DNA from: Pseudoalteromonas tetraodonis
GTDB lineage: Bacteria > Pseudomonadota > Gammaproteobacteria > Enterobacterales > Alteromonadaceae
Length of the DNA: 32,000 nt
Direction of reading: 5' to 3'
Assembly (NCBI RefSeq): GCF_002310835.1
Contig: NZ_CP011041.1
Coordinates: 930,001-962,000 of the forward strand
Within the stretch, counting starts at the first letter, position 1; the number at the start of each line of letters is the position of its first letter. The notes under the pieces were generated by a model. That model made no database searches. It was not told the origin of the DNA and was given only the letters and a program-made list of their open reading frames with translations. This document shows positions 1 to 10,148 of this stretch, piece by piece. Position numbers and translations under genes: made by a program.

Positions 1-1
1 T

Positions 2-487
2 CATGCAACAATTGGTAAAGCCAAAGAAGATTTAGACCGTGCCACTGCTGCTATTAAAGCTGCTACCCAAGATTTAAATGGTGAAGCCTACGTTTCATCG
101 CTTAATGCGGTTGTTACTCAAGCAAGCTCTGCAATTCCAATCATGCCACTTTATATTTCTGCCTTATTTAAAGTGATGAAGGCTGATGGCACGTATGAAG
201 GCACCATTGAGCAAATTCATGCGCTATTTAGTGAGAACTTATATGGTGATTCACCTCGCTTTGATGAGGGCGGGCATTTATTCCAAAACTATAAAGAACT
301 GGAAGATGATGTTCAATCTCGCGTTCAAGCCATTTGGGATAGTGTAGATACAAACTCAATTGATGAATTAACCGATTATATTGGTTACCATAATGAATTT
401 TTACGCTTGTTTGGTTTTGGTATTGACGCGGTTGATTATGAACAAGATGTAAATCCTGTTGCACCTATTGCTAATATGATTGACTAA
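2..487 (+). CDS. fabV: Enoyl-[acyl-carrier-protein] reductase FabV (trans-2-enoyl-CoA reductase family), C-terminal 161 codons; the 5' end lies outside the window
   Basis: The frame is open from base 2 to TAA 485-487. The translation HATIGKAKEDLDRA...IPIMPLYISALFKVMKADGTYEGTIEQ...FLRLFGFGIDAVDYEQDVNP matches, from memory, the conserved C-terminus of Vibrio/E. coli-type FabV. The ORF track only starts at an internal Met (143). Confidence 0.8.
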   Translation, partial: HATIGKAKEDLDRATAAIKAATQDLNGEAYVSSLNAVVTQASSAIPIMPLYISALFKVMKADGTYEGTIEQIHALFSENLYGDSPRFDEGGHLFQNYKELEDDVQSRVQAIWDSVDTNSIDELTDYIGYHNEFLRLFGFGIDAVDYEQDVNPVAPIANMID

Positions 488-511
488 CTTGTCGCTGATA
501 ACGCATTTTTG

Positions 512-545
512 AAAAAGTCGCCTTGTGCGGCTTTTTTGTTTTTTA
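512..545 (+). terminator. Rho-independent terminator after fabV
   Basis: Stem aagtcgc (515-521) pairs with gcggctt (527-533) with one G-T wobble and a 5-nt loop. Flanking A/T pairs extend it, and a long T-run (532-545) follows. Confidence 0.6.
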
Positions 546-716
546 GCTTTGATTTAAAAAAATATTTGCTAATTGTTGGCTAATTTACCACTTTGGTCTA
601 GCTTGTATTTTATTAATTGTTAATTACAAAACTAAATAAACGTTTCTCTCGTATAATTTTCATAAATACACTCGCATAGTCAGCCACAATAATGTTAAAA
701 TCAAAGTAATATGTGA

Positions 717-2186
<1,470 letters not shown>

Positions 2187-2187
2187 A

Positions 2188-3402
2188 ATGGGCTTAAAAA
2201 CTTTCTTAGAAGATATCGAACCGCATTTTGAACCAGGTGGTAAGCATGAGAAATGGTACGCGCTGTATGAAGCCGCTGCGACTATTTTTTACACGCCAGG
2301 TTACGTAAACAAAGGTTCAACTCACGTTCGTGATAACATCGACCTAAAACGCATGATGATTTTAGTGTGGATGGCGACGTTCCCTGCCATGTTCTTTGGT
2401 ATGTTCAATATTGGTCATCAAGCGGCAATCGCGCTTGGTAATGGTTTTGAACTAGCTAACATTTGGCAAGTAGGTTTATTCCAGTTATTAGGCGGTGAGT
2501 TAACCGTTGATGCTGGTTGGGGCGCAAAAATGTTCTACGGAGCATGTTTCTTCCTACCTATTTATGCAACAACCTTTATTGTCGGTGGTTTTTGGGAAGT
2601 ATTGTTTGCTTCTGTGCGTAAGCATGAAGTAAATGAAGGTTTCTTCGTAACCTCTGTATTATTTGCATTAATCCTGCCTGCAACGATTCCTTTATGGCAA
2701 GTTGCGCTAGGTATTACTTTTGGTGTAGTTATCGCAAAAGAAATATTTGGTGGTACAGGTCGTAACTTCTTAAACCCTGCGCTTGCTGGTCGTGCGTTTT
2801 TATTCTTCGCATACCCTGCACAAATTTCAGGTGACACAGTATGGACTGCCGTAGATTCATTCTCTGGCGCGACTATGCTTGGTCAAGCGTTTGCTGGTAC
2901 GTTAGGTGGTGACTTAGGTTACGCTAACATGCAAATGTGGTGGAATGCGTTCTACGGCTTCATTCAAGGTTCTATGGGCGAAACGTCTACACTAGCAGTG
3001 CTTATTGGTGGTTTATTCCTAATTTATGTACGTATCGCGTCTTGGCGTATCGTGCTAGGTGTATTTCTAGGTATGGTAGTAACCTCATCAATACTAAATA
3101 CTATTGGTTCTGAAACCAATGCTATGTTTGCTATGCCTTGGTACTGGCATATGGTATTAGGTGGTTTTGCATTCGGTATGTTCTTTATGGCAACTGACCC
3201 TGTATCTGCTGCATTTACTGATAAAGGTAAATTAGCATACGGTGCGCTTATTGGCTTTATGGTAGTTATGATCCGTGTAGTAAACCCTGCATACCCAGAG
3301 GGCATCATGCTAGCAATCTTGTTTGCTAACTTGTTTGCACCTTTATTCGATCACTTTGTAGTGCAAGCTAATATCAAGCGGAGGTTGGCACGTAATGTCT
3401 AG
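2188..3402 (+). CDS. nqrB: Na+-NQR subunit B (polytopic membrane protein, FMN-bearing)
   Basis: 404 aa, starts 1 nt after the nqrA stop. Multiple TM segments. Contains an SGAT flavinylation-type motif ([11 protein letters not shown]). Confidence 0.95.
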   Translation: MGLKTFLEDIEPHFEPGGKHEKWYALYEAAATIFYTPGYVNKGSTHVRDNIDLKRMMILVWMATFPAMFFGMFNIGHQAAIALGNGFELANIWQVGLFQLLGGELTVDAGWGAKMFYGACFFLPIYATTFIVGGFWEVLFASVRKHEVNEGFFVTSVLFALILPATIPLWQVALGITFGVVIAKEIFGGTGRNFLNPALAGRAFLFFAYPAQISGDTVWTAVDSFSGATMLGQAFAGTLGGDLGYANMQMWWNAFYGFIQGSMGETSTLAVLIGGLFLIYVRIASWRIVLGVFLGMVVTSSILNTIGSETNAMFAMPWYWHMVLGGFAFGMFFMATDPVSAAFTDKGKLAYGALIGFMVVMIRVVNPAYPEGIMLAILFANLFAPLFDHFVVQANIKRRLARNV

Positions 3403-4144
3403 TAATAACGAATCAATTGGCAAAACGCTAGCTGTTGTTGTCTCATTATGTTTAGTGTGTGCAGTTATTGTGTCGCTAACGTCTGTGCAACTTCGCCCTC
3501 TGCAAAAAGCAAATAAAGCAAAAGATATTCAAAGTAATATCTTAGCTGCTGCTGGTATTGGTAAAGTTGATAACGTTGCCGAAACGTTTGAAGCTAAAAT
3601 CGAAACTCGCTTTGTTGATATGCAAAGTGGTGAGTTTGCTGAGCCGGTAGAAGATTTCGACTTTGAAAAAAGCAAATACGATGCTGATTTAAGTAAATCT
3701 TTAAAAGAGAATGGGATTAAGGACATCGCAGGTATTCAACGTATTACCAAACGTGCGCCTGTTTACATCTCTAAAAAAGACGATGGCTCTATTGATGCAA
3801 TCATCCTTCCTATTCAGGGTTATGGTTTATGGGGTTTAATGTACGGTTTTATCTCGCTTGAAAGCGATGGCGAAACTATTAAAGACATTATTTTCTACAA
3901 ACATAACGAAACACCTGGTTTAGGTGGTGAAATTCAAAACCCACAGTGGACTGCAACGTGGGAAGGTAAAGAGTTACCAATCCAAATCGTTAAAGGGACT
4001 GCAGCCGGTGATGAGCACAAGATCGACGGTCTTTCAGGTGCTACATTAACGTCTAATGGTGTTGACCATGCAGTTGACTTTTGGACTGGCGAAAATGGCT
4101 TTGGCCCTTTCCTTGCGAAAGTACGTAAAGGAGCATTGAACTAA
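3395..4144 (+). CDS. nqrC: Na+-NQR subunit C (FMN-bearing)
   Basis: 249 aa, overlaps nqrB by 8 nt. One N-terminal TM helix. Has the LSGATLTS flavinylation motif near the C-terminus. Confidence 0.95.
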   Translation: MSSNNESIGKTLAVVVSLCLVCAVIVSLTSVQLRPLQKANKAKDIQSNILAAAGIGKVDNVAETFEAKIETRFVDMQSGEFAEPVEDFDFEKSKYDADLSKSLKENGIKDIAGIQRITKRAPVYISKKDDGSIDAIILPIQGYGLWGLMYGFISLESDGETIKDIIFYKHNETPGLGGEIQNPQWTATWEGKELPIQIVKGTAAGDEHKIDGLSGATLTSNGVDHAVDFWTGENGFGPFLAKVRKGALN

Positions 4145-4776
4145 TGGCTGATACTAAAGAAATGAAGGCGGTCCTATTCGGTCCAGTTTTCGCTAATAAC
4201 CCAATCGCATTACAAGTACTTGGTATTTGTTCTGCGCTAGCGGTAACGTCTAGCTTAAAAAATGCATTAATCATGTCAATCGCATTGACCTTGGTAACTG
4301 CATTCTCTAGCCTTTTTATCTCGACTATTCGTAACCATATCCCATCATCAGTACGTATCATCGTACAGATGACGATTATTGCATCATTAGTAATCGTGGT
4401 TGACCAAGTACTACAAGCTTTCTCTTACGCTACGGCAAAAGAGTTATCAGTATTCGTTGGTCTAATCATTACTAACTGTATTGTAATGGGTCGTGCTGAA
4501 GCGTACGCAATGAAGTCGCCACCACTTATGTCATTCTTAGATGGTATTGGTAATGGTTTAGGCTACTCAGTGGTATTACTTACTGTTGGTTTCATTCGTG
4601 AGCTATTTGGTAAGGGAACACTATTCGGTGTTGATATTATTCCATTAGTACAAAATGGTGGTTGGTACCAACCTATGGGTCTATTGATCTTACCACCGAG
4701 TGCATTCTTCATTATTGGTTTATTCATTTGGGTACTTCGTACTTATAAGAAAGATCAAGTAGAAGCTAAAGCGTAA
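4144..4776 (+). CDS. nqrD: Na+-NQR subunit D
   Basis: 210 aa hydrophobic protein. TAATG stop/start overlap with nqrC. Position in the operon and the NqrD/RnfE-like sequence support the call. Confidence 0.95.
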   Translation: MADTKEMKAVLFGPVFANNPIALQVLGICSALAVTSSLKNALIMSIALTLVTAFSSLFISTIRNHIPSSVRIIVQMTIIASLVIVVDQVLQAFSYATAKELSVFVGLIITNCIVMGRAEAYAMKSPPLMSFLDGIGNGLGYSVVLLTVGFIRELFGKGTLFGVDIIPLVQNGGWYQPMGLLILPPSAFFIIGLFIWVLRTYKKDQVEAKA

Positions 4777-4786
4777 GGGGCGATAA

Positions 4787-5395
4787 GTGGAACATTATAT
4801 TAGTTTATTTGTAAAAGCCGTTTTTATTGAAAACTTAGCGTTAGCTTTCTTCCTAGGTATGTGTACTTTCTTAGCCGTGTCTAAAAAAGTAACTACATCA
4901 ATTGGTCTAGGGGTAGCGGTTATTGTTGTATTAGGTATTTCAGTACCGGTTAATAACTTGGTTTACCATGCGGTACTTGCACCGGGTGCATTAGAGTGGC
5001 TTGGTTACCCAGAAGCGGATCTTAGCTTTTTACGTTTCTTAACGTTCATTGGTGTTATTGCTGCACTGGTGCAAATTCTTGAAATGGCATTAGATAAGTT
5101 CTTCCCACCGCTGTACAACGCATTAGGTATTTTCCTACCACTAATCACAGTTAACTGTGCAATTTTTGGTGCGGTATCATTCATGGTTGAGCGTAACTAT
5201 AACTTCGGCGAGTCTGTTGTTTATGGTATTGGCGCTGGTGTGGGTTGGGCGCTTGCAATTACATTACTTGCAGGTATCCGTGAGAAAATGAAGTATTCAG
5301 ACGTACCAGATGGTTTACGTGGTCTAGGTATTACCTTTATCACTGTTGGCTTGATGGGTCTTGGCTTTATGTCATTCTCTGGTATTTCACTGTAA
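4787..5395 (+). CDS. nqrE: Na+-NQR subunit E
   Basis: 202 aa with a GTG start (4787). N-terminus [34 protein letters not shown] is typical of NqrE/RnfA-type proteins. Confidence 0.93.
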   Translation: MEHYISLFVKAVFIENLALAFFLGMCTFLAVSKKVTTSIGLGVAVIVVLGISVPVNNLVYHAVLAPGALEWLGYPEADLSFLRFLTFIGVIAALVQILEMALDKFFPPLYNALGIFLPLITVNCAIFGAVSFMVERNYNFGESVVYGIGAGVGWALAITLLAGIREKMKYSDVPDGLRGLGITFITVGLMGLGFMSFSGISL

Positions 5396-5412
5396 TAATA
5401 GCGAGGTCAATC

Positions 5413-6636
5413 ATGGATATTTTCTTAGGCGTTGGTGTTTTTATCGCTATCGTTGTAATACTAGTTTTAATCATCATTGGTGCTAAATCTAAGCTAGTTG
5501 CAAGCGGTGACATCATCATCGGTATTAATGGCGATCCAGACAAAGCCATTAAAACATCAGCAGGTAGTAAGCTATTAGGTGCACTATCTGAGTCAGGTAT
5601 TTTCGTATCTTCTGCATGTGGTGGCGGTGGCTCTTGTGGTCAGTGTCGCGTTCACATTAAAGAAGGTGGCGGTGATATTCTGCCAACTGAACTTGACCAC
5701 ATCTCTAAAGGTGAGGCACGTGAAGGTTGTCGTTTAGCGTGTCAGGTTAATGTTAAAAATGACATGGAAATTGAACTTGAAGAGTCAATTTTCGGTGTTA
5801 AAAAATGGGATTGTGAAGTTATCTCTAACGATAACAAAGCAACGTTCATCAAAGAACTTAAGCTACAAATTCCAGATGGCGAGTCAGTGCCGTTCCGTGC
5901 GGGTGGTTACATCCAAATCGAAGCGCCAGCTCACCATGTTAAATACGCTGATTTCGATATTCCTGAAGAGTATCGTGGCGATTGGAACCATTTTGGTTTC
6001 TTCGACCTGGAGTCAAAAGTAGACGAAGAAACAATTCGTGCTTACTCAATGGCTAACTACCCAGAAGAAGAAGGCATTATTATGCTTAACGTGCGTATCG
6101 CTACGCCGCCGCCAAGAAACTTGAGCCTACCATGTGGTAAAATGTCTTCGTATATTTGGTCACTTAAAGAAGGCGATAAAGTAACTATTTCTGGTCCATT
6201 TGGTGAGTTCTTCGCTAAAGACACAGACGCTGAAATGGTATTCGTAGGTGGTGGTGCAGGTATGGCACCAATGCGTTCACATATCTTTGACCAACTTAAG
6301 CGTTTAAACTCTAAGCGTAAAATTAGTTTCTGGTATGGTGCGCGTTCTAAGCGTGAAATGTTCTATGTTGAAGATTTTGACGGCCTAGCTGAGCAAAACG
6401 AAAACTTCGTTTGGCACACAGCGCTTTCAGATCCGCAACCAGAAGATAACTGGGAAGGCTACACAGGCTTTATCCATAACGTGTTATTTGAGAACTATCT
6501 TAAAGATCACGAAGCGCCTGAAGATTGTGAGTTCTACATGTGTGGTCCTCCAATGATGAATGCGGCAGTTATCTCTATGCTTAAAGATTTAGGTGTAGAA
6601 GACGAAAACATCTTATTAGATGATTTCGGTGGCTAA
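5413..6636 (+). CDS. nqrF: Na+-NQR subunit F (2Fe-2S ferredoxin plus FAD/NADH-binding reductase)
   Basis: 407 aa. N-terminal TM helix, Cys cluster [10 protein letters not shown]...C, RAYSMAN flavin motif, GGGAGMAPM nucleotide-binding loop. Confidence 0.96.
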   Translation: MDIFLGVGVFIAIVVILVLIIIGAKSKLVASGDIIIGINGDPDKAIKTSAGSKLLGALSESGIFVSSACGGGGSCGQCRVHIKEGGGDILPTELDHISKGEAREGCRLACQVNVKNDMEIELEESIFGVKKWDCEVISNDNKATFIKELKLQIPDGESVPFRAGGYIQIEAPAHHVKYADFDIPEEYRGDWNHFGFFDLESKVDEETIRAYSMANYPEEEGIIMLNVRIATPPPRNLSLPCGKMSSYIWSLKEGDKVTISGPFGEFFAKDTDAEMVFVGGGAGMAPMRSHIFDQLKRLNSKRKISFWYGARSKREMFYVEDFDGLAEQNENFVWHTALSDPQPEDNWEGYTGFIHNVLFENYLKDHEAPEDCEFYMCGPPMMNAAVISMLKDLGVEDENILLDDFGG

Positions 6637-6668
6637 TACCCAAACTAAATAAATTTAGTTAAAATACC

Positions 6669-6702
6669 AGCCTCATAGCACTAAGTGTTATGAGGCTTTT
6701 TT
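6669..6702 (+). terminator. Rho-independent terminator/attenuator after nqrF
   Basis: 9-bp stem agcctcata (6669-6677) / tatgaggct (6689-6697) followed by TTTTT (6698-6702). Confidence 0.7.
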
Positions 6703-6776
6703 ATATCAACTGACTGAGTTTGGCTTTACCGCTGATTTTAGTTGATACTCTATTTAACCTTTATAAGTAGGCTATT

Positions 6777-7802
6777 ATGAATCGATTAAGCACAGTTAAA
6801 GGCGTGGTAGCCTTATTTTTAATCATATCCACGTTACTTATTACCGGTTGTGGCAATTCACAACACAACGAAGAAGCTTACCTTGAAGGTAAAACGATGG
6901 GGACAACTTACCACATCAAGTTTTACGCTGATCAAGTGGACCCTCAAGCAGTACAAGCAGAAATAGATGCGGTTTTAGTTGATATTAACCAGTCTATGTC
7001 GACCTATATTGAGGATTCAGAAATAAACACCTTTAACCGTTTAGGTGCTAATCAAGTAATGCCAATTAGTGATGATTTTAGAGCGGTTATTGCAGAATCT
7101 ATACGAATTGGTGATTCAACTAAAACACTCGATGTGACTATGGGACCGCTAATTGATTTATGGGGGTTTGGTCCTGATAAAAAACCAACAAAGCGCCCAA
7201 CGGATGAAGCACTGGCAAATATGGTCAGTAACATTGGTATAGATAAGCTGGTCCTTAATGAGCAAGGGTTAGCTAAAACAGTTGCTGATTTAGAGTTGTC
7301 GTTTTCAGCTACAGCAAAAGGCTACGGTATTGATAAAGTGGCTGAGCTATTGCAAAGCAAAGGCATTACAGATTACATGGTTGAGATTGGCGGGGAGCTA
7401 CGTATTGCTGGTACAAAACCAGACAATCAAGCATGGCGAATAGCAATCGAACAACCTGATGCAAATCCGGGCGATCGCAAAGTACACCGCGTATTAACAC
7501 CGGGTAATAATGGCATTGCCACCTCAGGCGATTATAGAATATTTTATACTATGGATGGCGAAACCTATACGCATCTCATTGATCCAATGTCAGGCATGCC
7601 GATTAAACACGACTTAGTCTCTGTTACTGTTTTACACCCAAGTGCAATGACGGCGGACGGTTTAGCGACTGCTTTAACGGTAATGGGCATGGAAAAGGCA
7701 CAACGTTATGCGCAGCAGCATGATTTACCTGTGTATTTAATTGCGAAATCGGCACAGGGGTTAGCCACCTATTCAAGCCCTGCGTTTAAGCCTTATTTAT
7801 AG
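6777..7802 (+). CDS. apbE: FAD:protein FMN transferase (flavin transferase ApbE), lipoprotein
   Basis: 341 aa with a signal peptide and lipobox ITGC. ApbE-family sequence (EGKTMGTTYHIKF..., SGDYR). Sits in the conserved position after nqrF. Confidence 0.92.
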   Translation: MNRLSTVKGVVALFLIISTLLITGCGNSQHNEEAYLEGKTMGTTYHIKFYADQVDPQAVQAEIDAVLVDINQSMSTYIEDSEINTFNRLGANQVMPISDDFRAVIAESIRIGDSTKTLDVTMGPLIDLWGFGPDKKPTKRPTDEALANMVSNIGIDKLVLNEQGLAKTVADLELSFSATAKGYGIDKVAELLQSKGITDYMVEIGGELRIAGTKPDNQAWRIAIEQPDANPGDRKVHRVLTPGNNGIATSGDYRIFYTMDGETYTHLIDPMSGMPIKHDLVSVTVLHPSAMTADGLATALTVMGMEKAQRYAQQHDLPVYLIAKSAQGLATYSSPAFKPYL

Positions 7803-7810
7803 TCTTTAGG

Positions 7811-7839
7811 TTTATATCCTTATCATGAGGGTATATAAT
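7811..7839 (+). promoter_or_regulatory. Candidate sigma70 promoter ahead of nqrM
   Basis: -35 TTTATA (7811-7816), 17-nt spacer, -10 TATAAT (7834-7839). Sequence match only. Confidence 0.3.
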
Positions 7840-7841
7840 GC

Positions 7842-7875
7842 AATGAGCTCAGATATGATGTTTGGGCTCATTTTA
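7842..7875 (+). terminator. Hairpin plus short T-run between apbE and nqrM (weak terminator or 5'-leader stem)
   Basis: 9-bp stem aatgagctc (7842-7850) / gggctcatt (7864-7872) with one G-T wobble and a 13-nt loop. Runs into TTTTATT. Confidence 0.3.
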
Positions 7876-7899
7876 TTGCTGAACAATAGGGGCTAAGCA

Positions 7900-8112
7900 A
7901 TGTCACTTTTTTTTCTAACCTTTGGCTTACTTATTTTAATTGTCGCTGCAATGGCGGTAGGCATGATAGTACAAAGAAAATCGATGGCGAGTAGCTGCGG
8001 AGGCCTAGGCTCTGTAGGTATTGATAAAGCATGTGATTGCGATGATCCATGTGATAAACGCAAAAAGCGTCTGGCCAAAGAGCAAGTATGGAAAGAAAAC
8101 CAAATTCTTTAA
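7900..8112 (+). CDS. nqrM: (Na+)-NQR maturation factor NqrM (DUF539-type small membrane protein)
   Basis: 70 aa. One N-terminal TM helix followed by the Cys cluster CGGLGSVGIDKACDCDDPCDKRKK. Conserved position downstream of apbE. Confidence 0.85.
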   Translation: MSLFFLTFGLLILIVAAMAVGMIVQRKSMASSCGGLGSVGIDKACDCDDPCDKRKKRLAKEQVWKENQIL

Positions 8113-8129
8113 ATAGGGTATCCCTGTTT

Positions 8130-8170
8130 AAAAAAAAAACCTCTCGTAGCTCACTACGGGAGGTTTTTTA
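8130..8170. terminator. Strong rho-independent terminator after nqrM (A-run/T-run flanked, potentially bidirectional)
   Basis: 10-bp stem cctctcgtag (8140-8149) / ctacgggagg (8154-8163) with one wobble and loop ctca. A9 run upstream and T6 run downstream. Confidence 0.8.
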
Positions 8171-8222
8171 TTTATATCGGCATAAATAAATCACCAGCCG
8201 ATAAAATAATCGTGTTTTTATC

Positions 8223-8250
8223 TTGAACAGAAAATTCTCTTTGTTATACT
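8223..8250 (+). promoter_or_regulatory. Candidate sigma70 promoter
   Basis: -35 TTGAAC (8223-8228), 16-nt spacer, -10 TATACT (8245-8250). Confidence 0.4.
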
Positions 8251-8257
8251 CATGCCC

Positions 8258-8283
8258 GAACTTTCAGTAAGTTTTGAAAGTTC
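8258..8283 (+). repeat. 9-bp inverted repeat / hairpin immediately downstream of the candidate promoter
   Basis: gaactttca (8258-8266) and tgaaagttc (8275-8283) are exact reverse complements with an 8-nt spacer. Confidence 0.6.
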
Positions 8284-8285
8284 TA

Positions 8286-8299
8286 TTGATGCGGATCAA
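8286..8299. promoter_or_regulatory. Perfect FNR/ANR-family consensus box TTGAT-N4-ATCAA
   Basis: ttgat gcgg atcaa at 8286-8299 matches all 10 specified bases of the E. coli FNR consensus. Confidence 0.45.
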
Positions 8300-8328
8300 A
8301 ACTAGCTTGGCAAAATAGTGCTAATGCG

Positions 8329-8865
8329 TTGAGACTGTATTTCATGTCACTGTATAAGGCTTTACGGCTGCAACTTGTTTTGTTGCCACGGTGTACTCCG
8401 AATTTTGTTATTAGTCATTTTAATAGGTTAATGTTTTTGAACTCACTTTCTTTGTTTCATACCAGCGCTTTGCTTACCTTAGGTAAGTCAGTGTTGCATG
8501 AGCGCTTTAAAAAAGCGAAAAAGGGCGTGAGTGTGGCTGTAACATTATTAGTTTTTAATGTCGTTATGTTGCTTAGTGGCGCTATTGAGGATGCCTTTAG
8601 GCTTGAAGCATTGGTCAGTGATGGCTTTTTTATAGAGCCATTATTACTGACAATTGCCGAATTTTTAGCTCATCCCATCTTATCGTGTCAGTTACTTATT
8701 GGCCTTTGTTGGCTATTGTTCCACATGTTTCCAGCGCGTCGTGCTGGGATAATCCTCCGTAAAGCAGCCTTTGCTTTTAGCGAGGCTAAAGTTCAGCAAC
8801 CCGTGCAAGCTGCGCATGGTTGTCGTGCTCCACCTAGCTTTACAGGTTGTCTGTTTACCCATTAA
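8329..8865 (+). CDS. Hypothetical small membrane protein; start uncertain (TTG 8329, ATG 8344, ATG 8431, or GTG 8491 which has an AGGT motif 6 nt upstream)
   Basis: Only ORF of at least 60 aa in the 1.1-kb nqrM-cyoA gap. Predicted TM stretches (GVSVAVTLLVFNVVMLLSGAI; LLLTIAEFLAHPILSCQLLIGLCWLLF). I recognise no family, and no start has a convincing SD. Confidence 0.35.
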   Translation: MRLYFMSLYKALRLQLVLLPRCTPNFVISHFNRLMFLNSLSLFHTSALLTLGKSVLHERFKKAKKGVSVAVTLLVFNVVMLLSGAIEDAFRLEALVSDGFFIEPLLLTIAEFLAHPILSCQLLIGLCWLLFHMFPARRAGIILRKAAFAFSEAKVQQPVQAAHGCRAPPSFTGCLFTH

Positions 8866-8978
8866 TTTTATGGGTATAGGTTACACCTGTGGTATCTAAT
8901 TATTTATTCTTGCTGTAAATAACGATTACTTTCATTGTAGCTTAGTGTTTTTTACACACTCTCAGCCAACCACACCTC

Positions 8979-9123
8979 ACCCAAGTTAATTTTTATTGCG
9001 TTATATTAATGTGTTTAAAAAGCTGGGTTGGTTCTGCTAGGTGTTTATTATTAAGCCAGTGGTCAATACTTCATGCTTGCATTCGCTCTGCATTATTGTA
9101 ATTCAATCTTAATTAACTTGGGT
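8979..9123. repeat. Perfect 13-bp inverted repeat pair (acccaagttaatt / aattaacttgggt) flanking 119 bp upstream of cyoA; each arm carries an ArcA-like box
   Basis: 8979-8991 and 9111-9123 are exact reverse complements. On the minus strand 9109-9118 reads AGTTAATTAA, a full match to the WGTTAATTAW ArcA-P half-site consensus. 8984-8993 reads AGTTAATTTT (9/10). Confidence 0.55.
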
Positions 9124-9192
9124 TTTTATCAAATATCGTTGCTAAATATTTTTGGCAGCTAATAAAAACTCTTTAGGTTTTAGGATAGTCCC

Positions 9193-10146
9193 TTGTTAAT
9201 TCGTAACCTTTTTAATATTGCTTTAGCTAGTATGGCGCTGATTTTATCAGGCTGTAATGGCGGGGTACTCGACCCAAAAGGGCAGATAGGTATTGATGAG
9301 AAAAATCTGATCATCATCGCCACTGTGCTTATGTTGTTAGTTGTGATCCCCGTTATTGTGATGACTTTATATTTTGCTTGGAAATACAGAGACACACAAA
9401 ACCATGAAATTTACGCACCAAAATGGGCTCACTCTAATAAGATTGAGGCTGTTGTATGGGCGGTTCCTATTGTTATTGTTGTTATTTTAGGTGTGATCAC
9501 CTGGCAGTCAACTCAAGAGCTTGACCCCTATAAACCGATAGAGGGTAAAGGTGAACATCTTACTGTTGAAGTGGTGTCACTTAATTGGAAGTGGTTATTT
9601 ATTTACCCTGAACAAGGTATTGCCACGGTGAATGAATTGGTATTTCCTGCTAATGTTCCGGTTGAATACAAAATCACGTCAGAAAGTACCATGAACTCGT
9701 TTTTTATTCCTCAGTTAGGTAGTCAAATCTACTCAATGGCGGGCATGGAAACTAAGCTGCATTTAATTGCTAATCAGCCAGGCACATTTAAAGGCTTTTC
9801 GGCTAATTACAGTGGCGCAGGTTTTACCGGTATGAAATTTAATGCCATCGCAACGCCAACAAAAGCTGACTTTAACCAGTGGGTTGAACAGGTTAAAACC
9901 AACGCTAATAGCCTTACTCATGCCAATTATGTTGAGCTTGCCAAAGCGAGTGAAAACAATCCTGTCGCTTATTATGGCAAGGTTGATGACGGTTTATTTC
10001 ATACCATAGTGATGAAATACATGCAGGCGCATGGCGATATGAATAAAAAACATCATGCTATGGGTAAACATCAGCAGATGAGTAATGAGCATCAAGCAAT
10101 GGGTAATCATTCAATGCCATCATCACACAGCCAGGGCGAGGAATAA
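9193..10146 (+). CDS. cyoA: Cytochrome bo3 ubiquinol oxidase subunit II, lipoprotein
   Basis: 317 aa. Lipobox LSGC followed by LDPKGQIG, then [26 protein letters not shown] and [16 protein letters not shown], closely parallel to E. coli CyoA. TTG start (9193) gives a proper signal peptide; ATG 9232 is the alternative. Confidence 0.92.
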   Translation: MLIRNLFNIALASMALILSGCNGGVLDPKGQIGIDEKNLIIIATVLMLLVVIPVIVMTLYFAWKYRDTQNHEIYAPKWAHSNKIEAVVWAVPIVIVVILGVITWQSTQELDPYKPIEGKGEHLTVEVVSLNWKWLFIYPEQGIATVNELVFPANVPVEYKITSESTMNSFFIPQLGSQIYSMAGMETKLHLIANQPGTFKGFSANYSGAGFTGMKFNAIATPTKADFNQWVEQVKTNANSLTHANYVELAKASENNPVAYYGKVDDGLFHTIVMKYMQAHGDMNKKHHAMGKHQQMSNEHQAMGNHSMPSSHSQGEE

Positions 10147-10148
10147 TC

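Noticed and set aside
652-657. TATAAT hexamer upstream of nqrA as the nqr promoter -10
   Set aside because: No acceptable -35 or extended -10 sits at 16-18 nt spacing, and the region is so AT-rich that isolated TATAAT matches are expected. Not reported as a feature.
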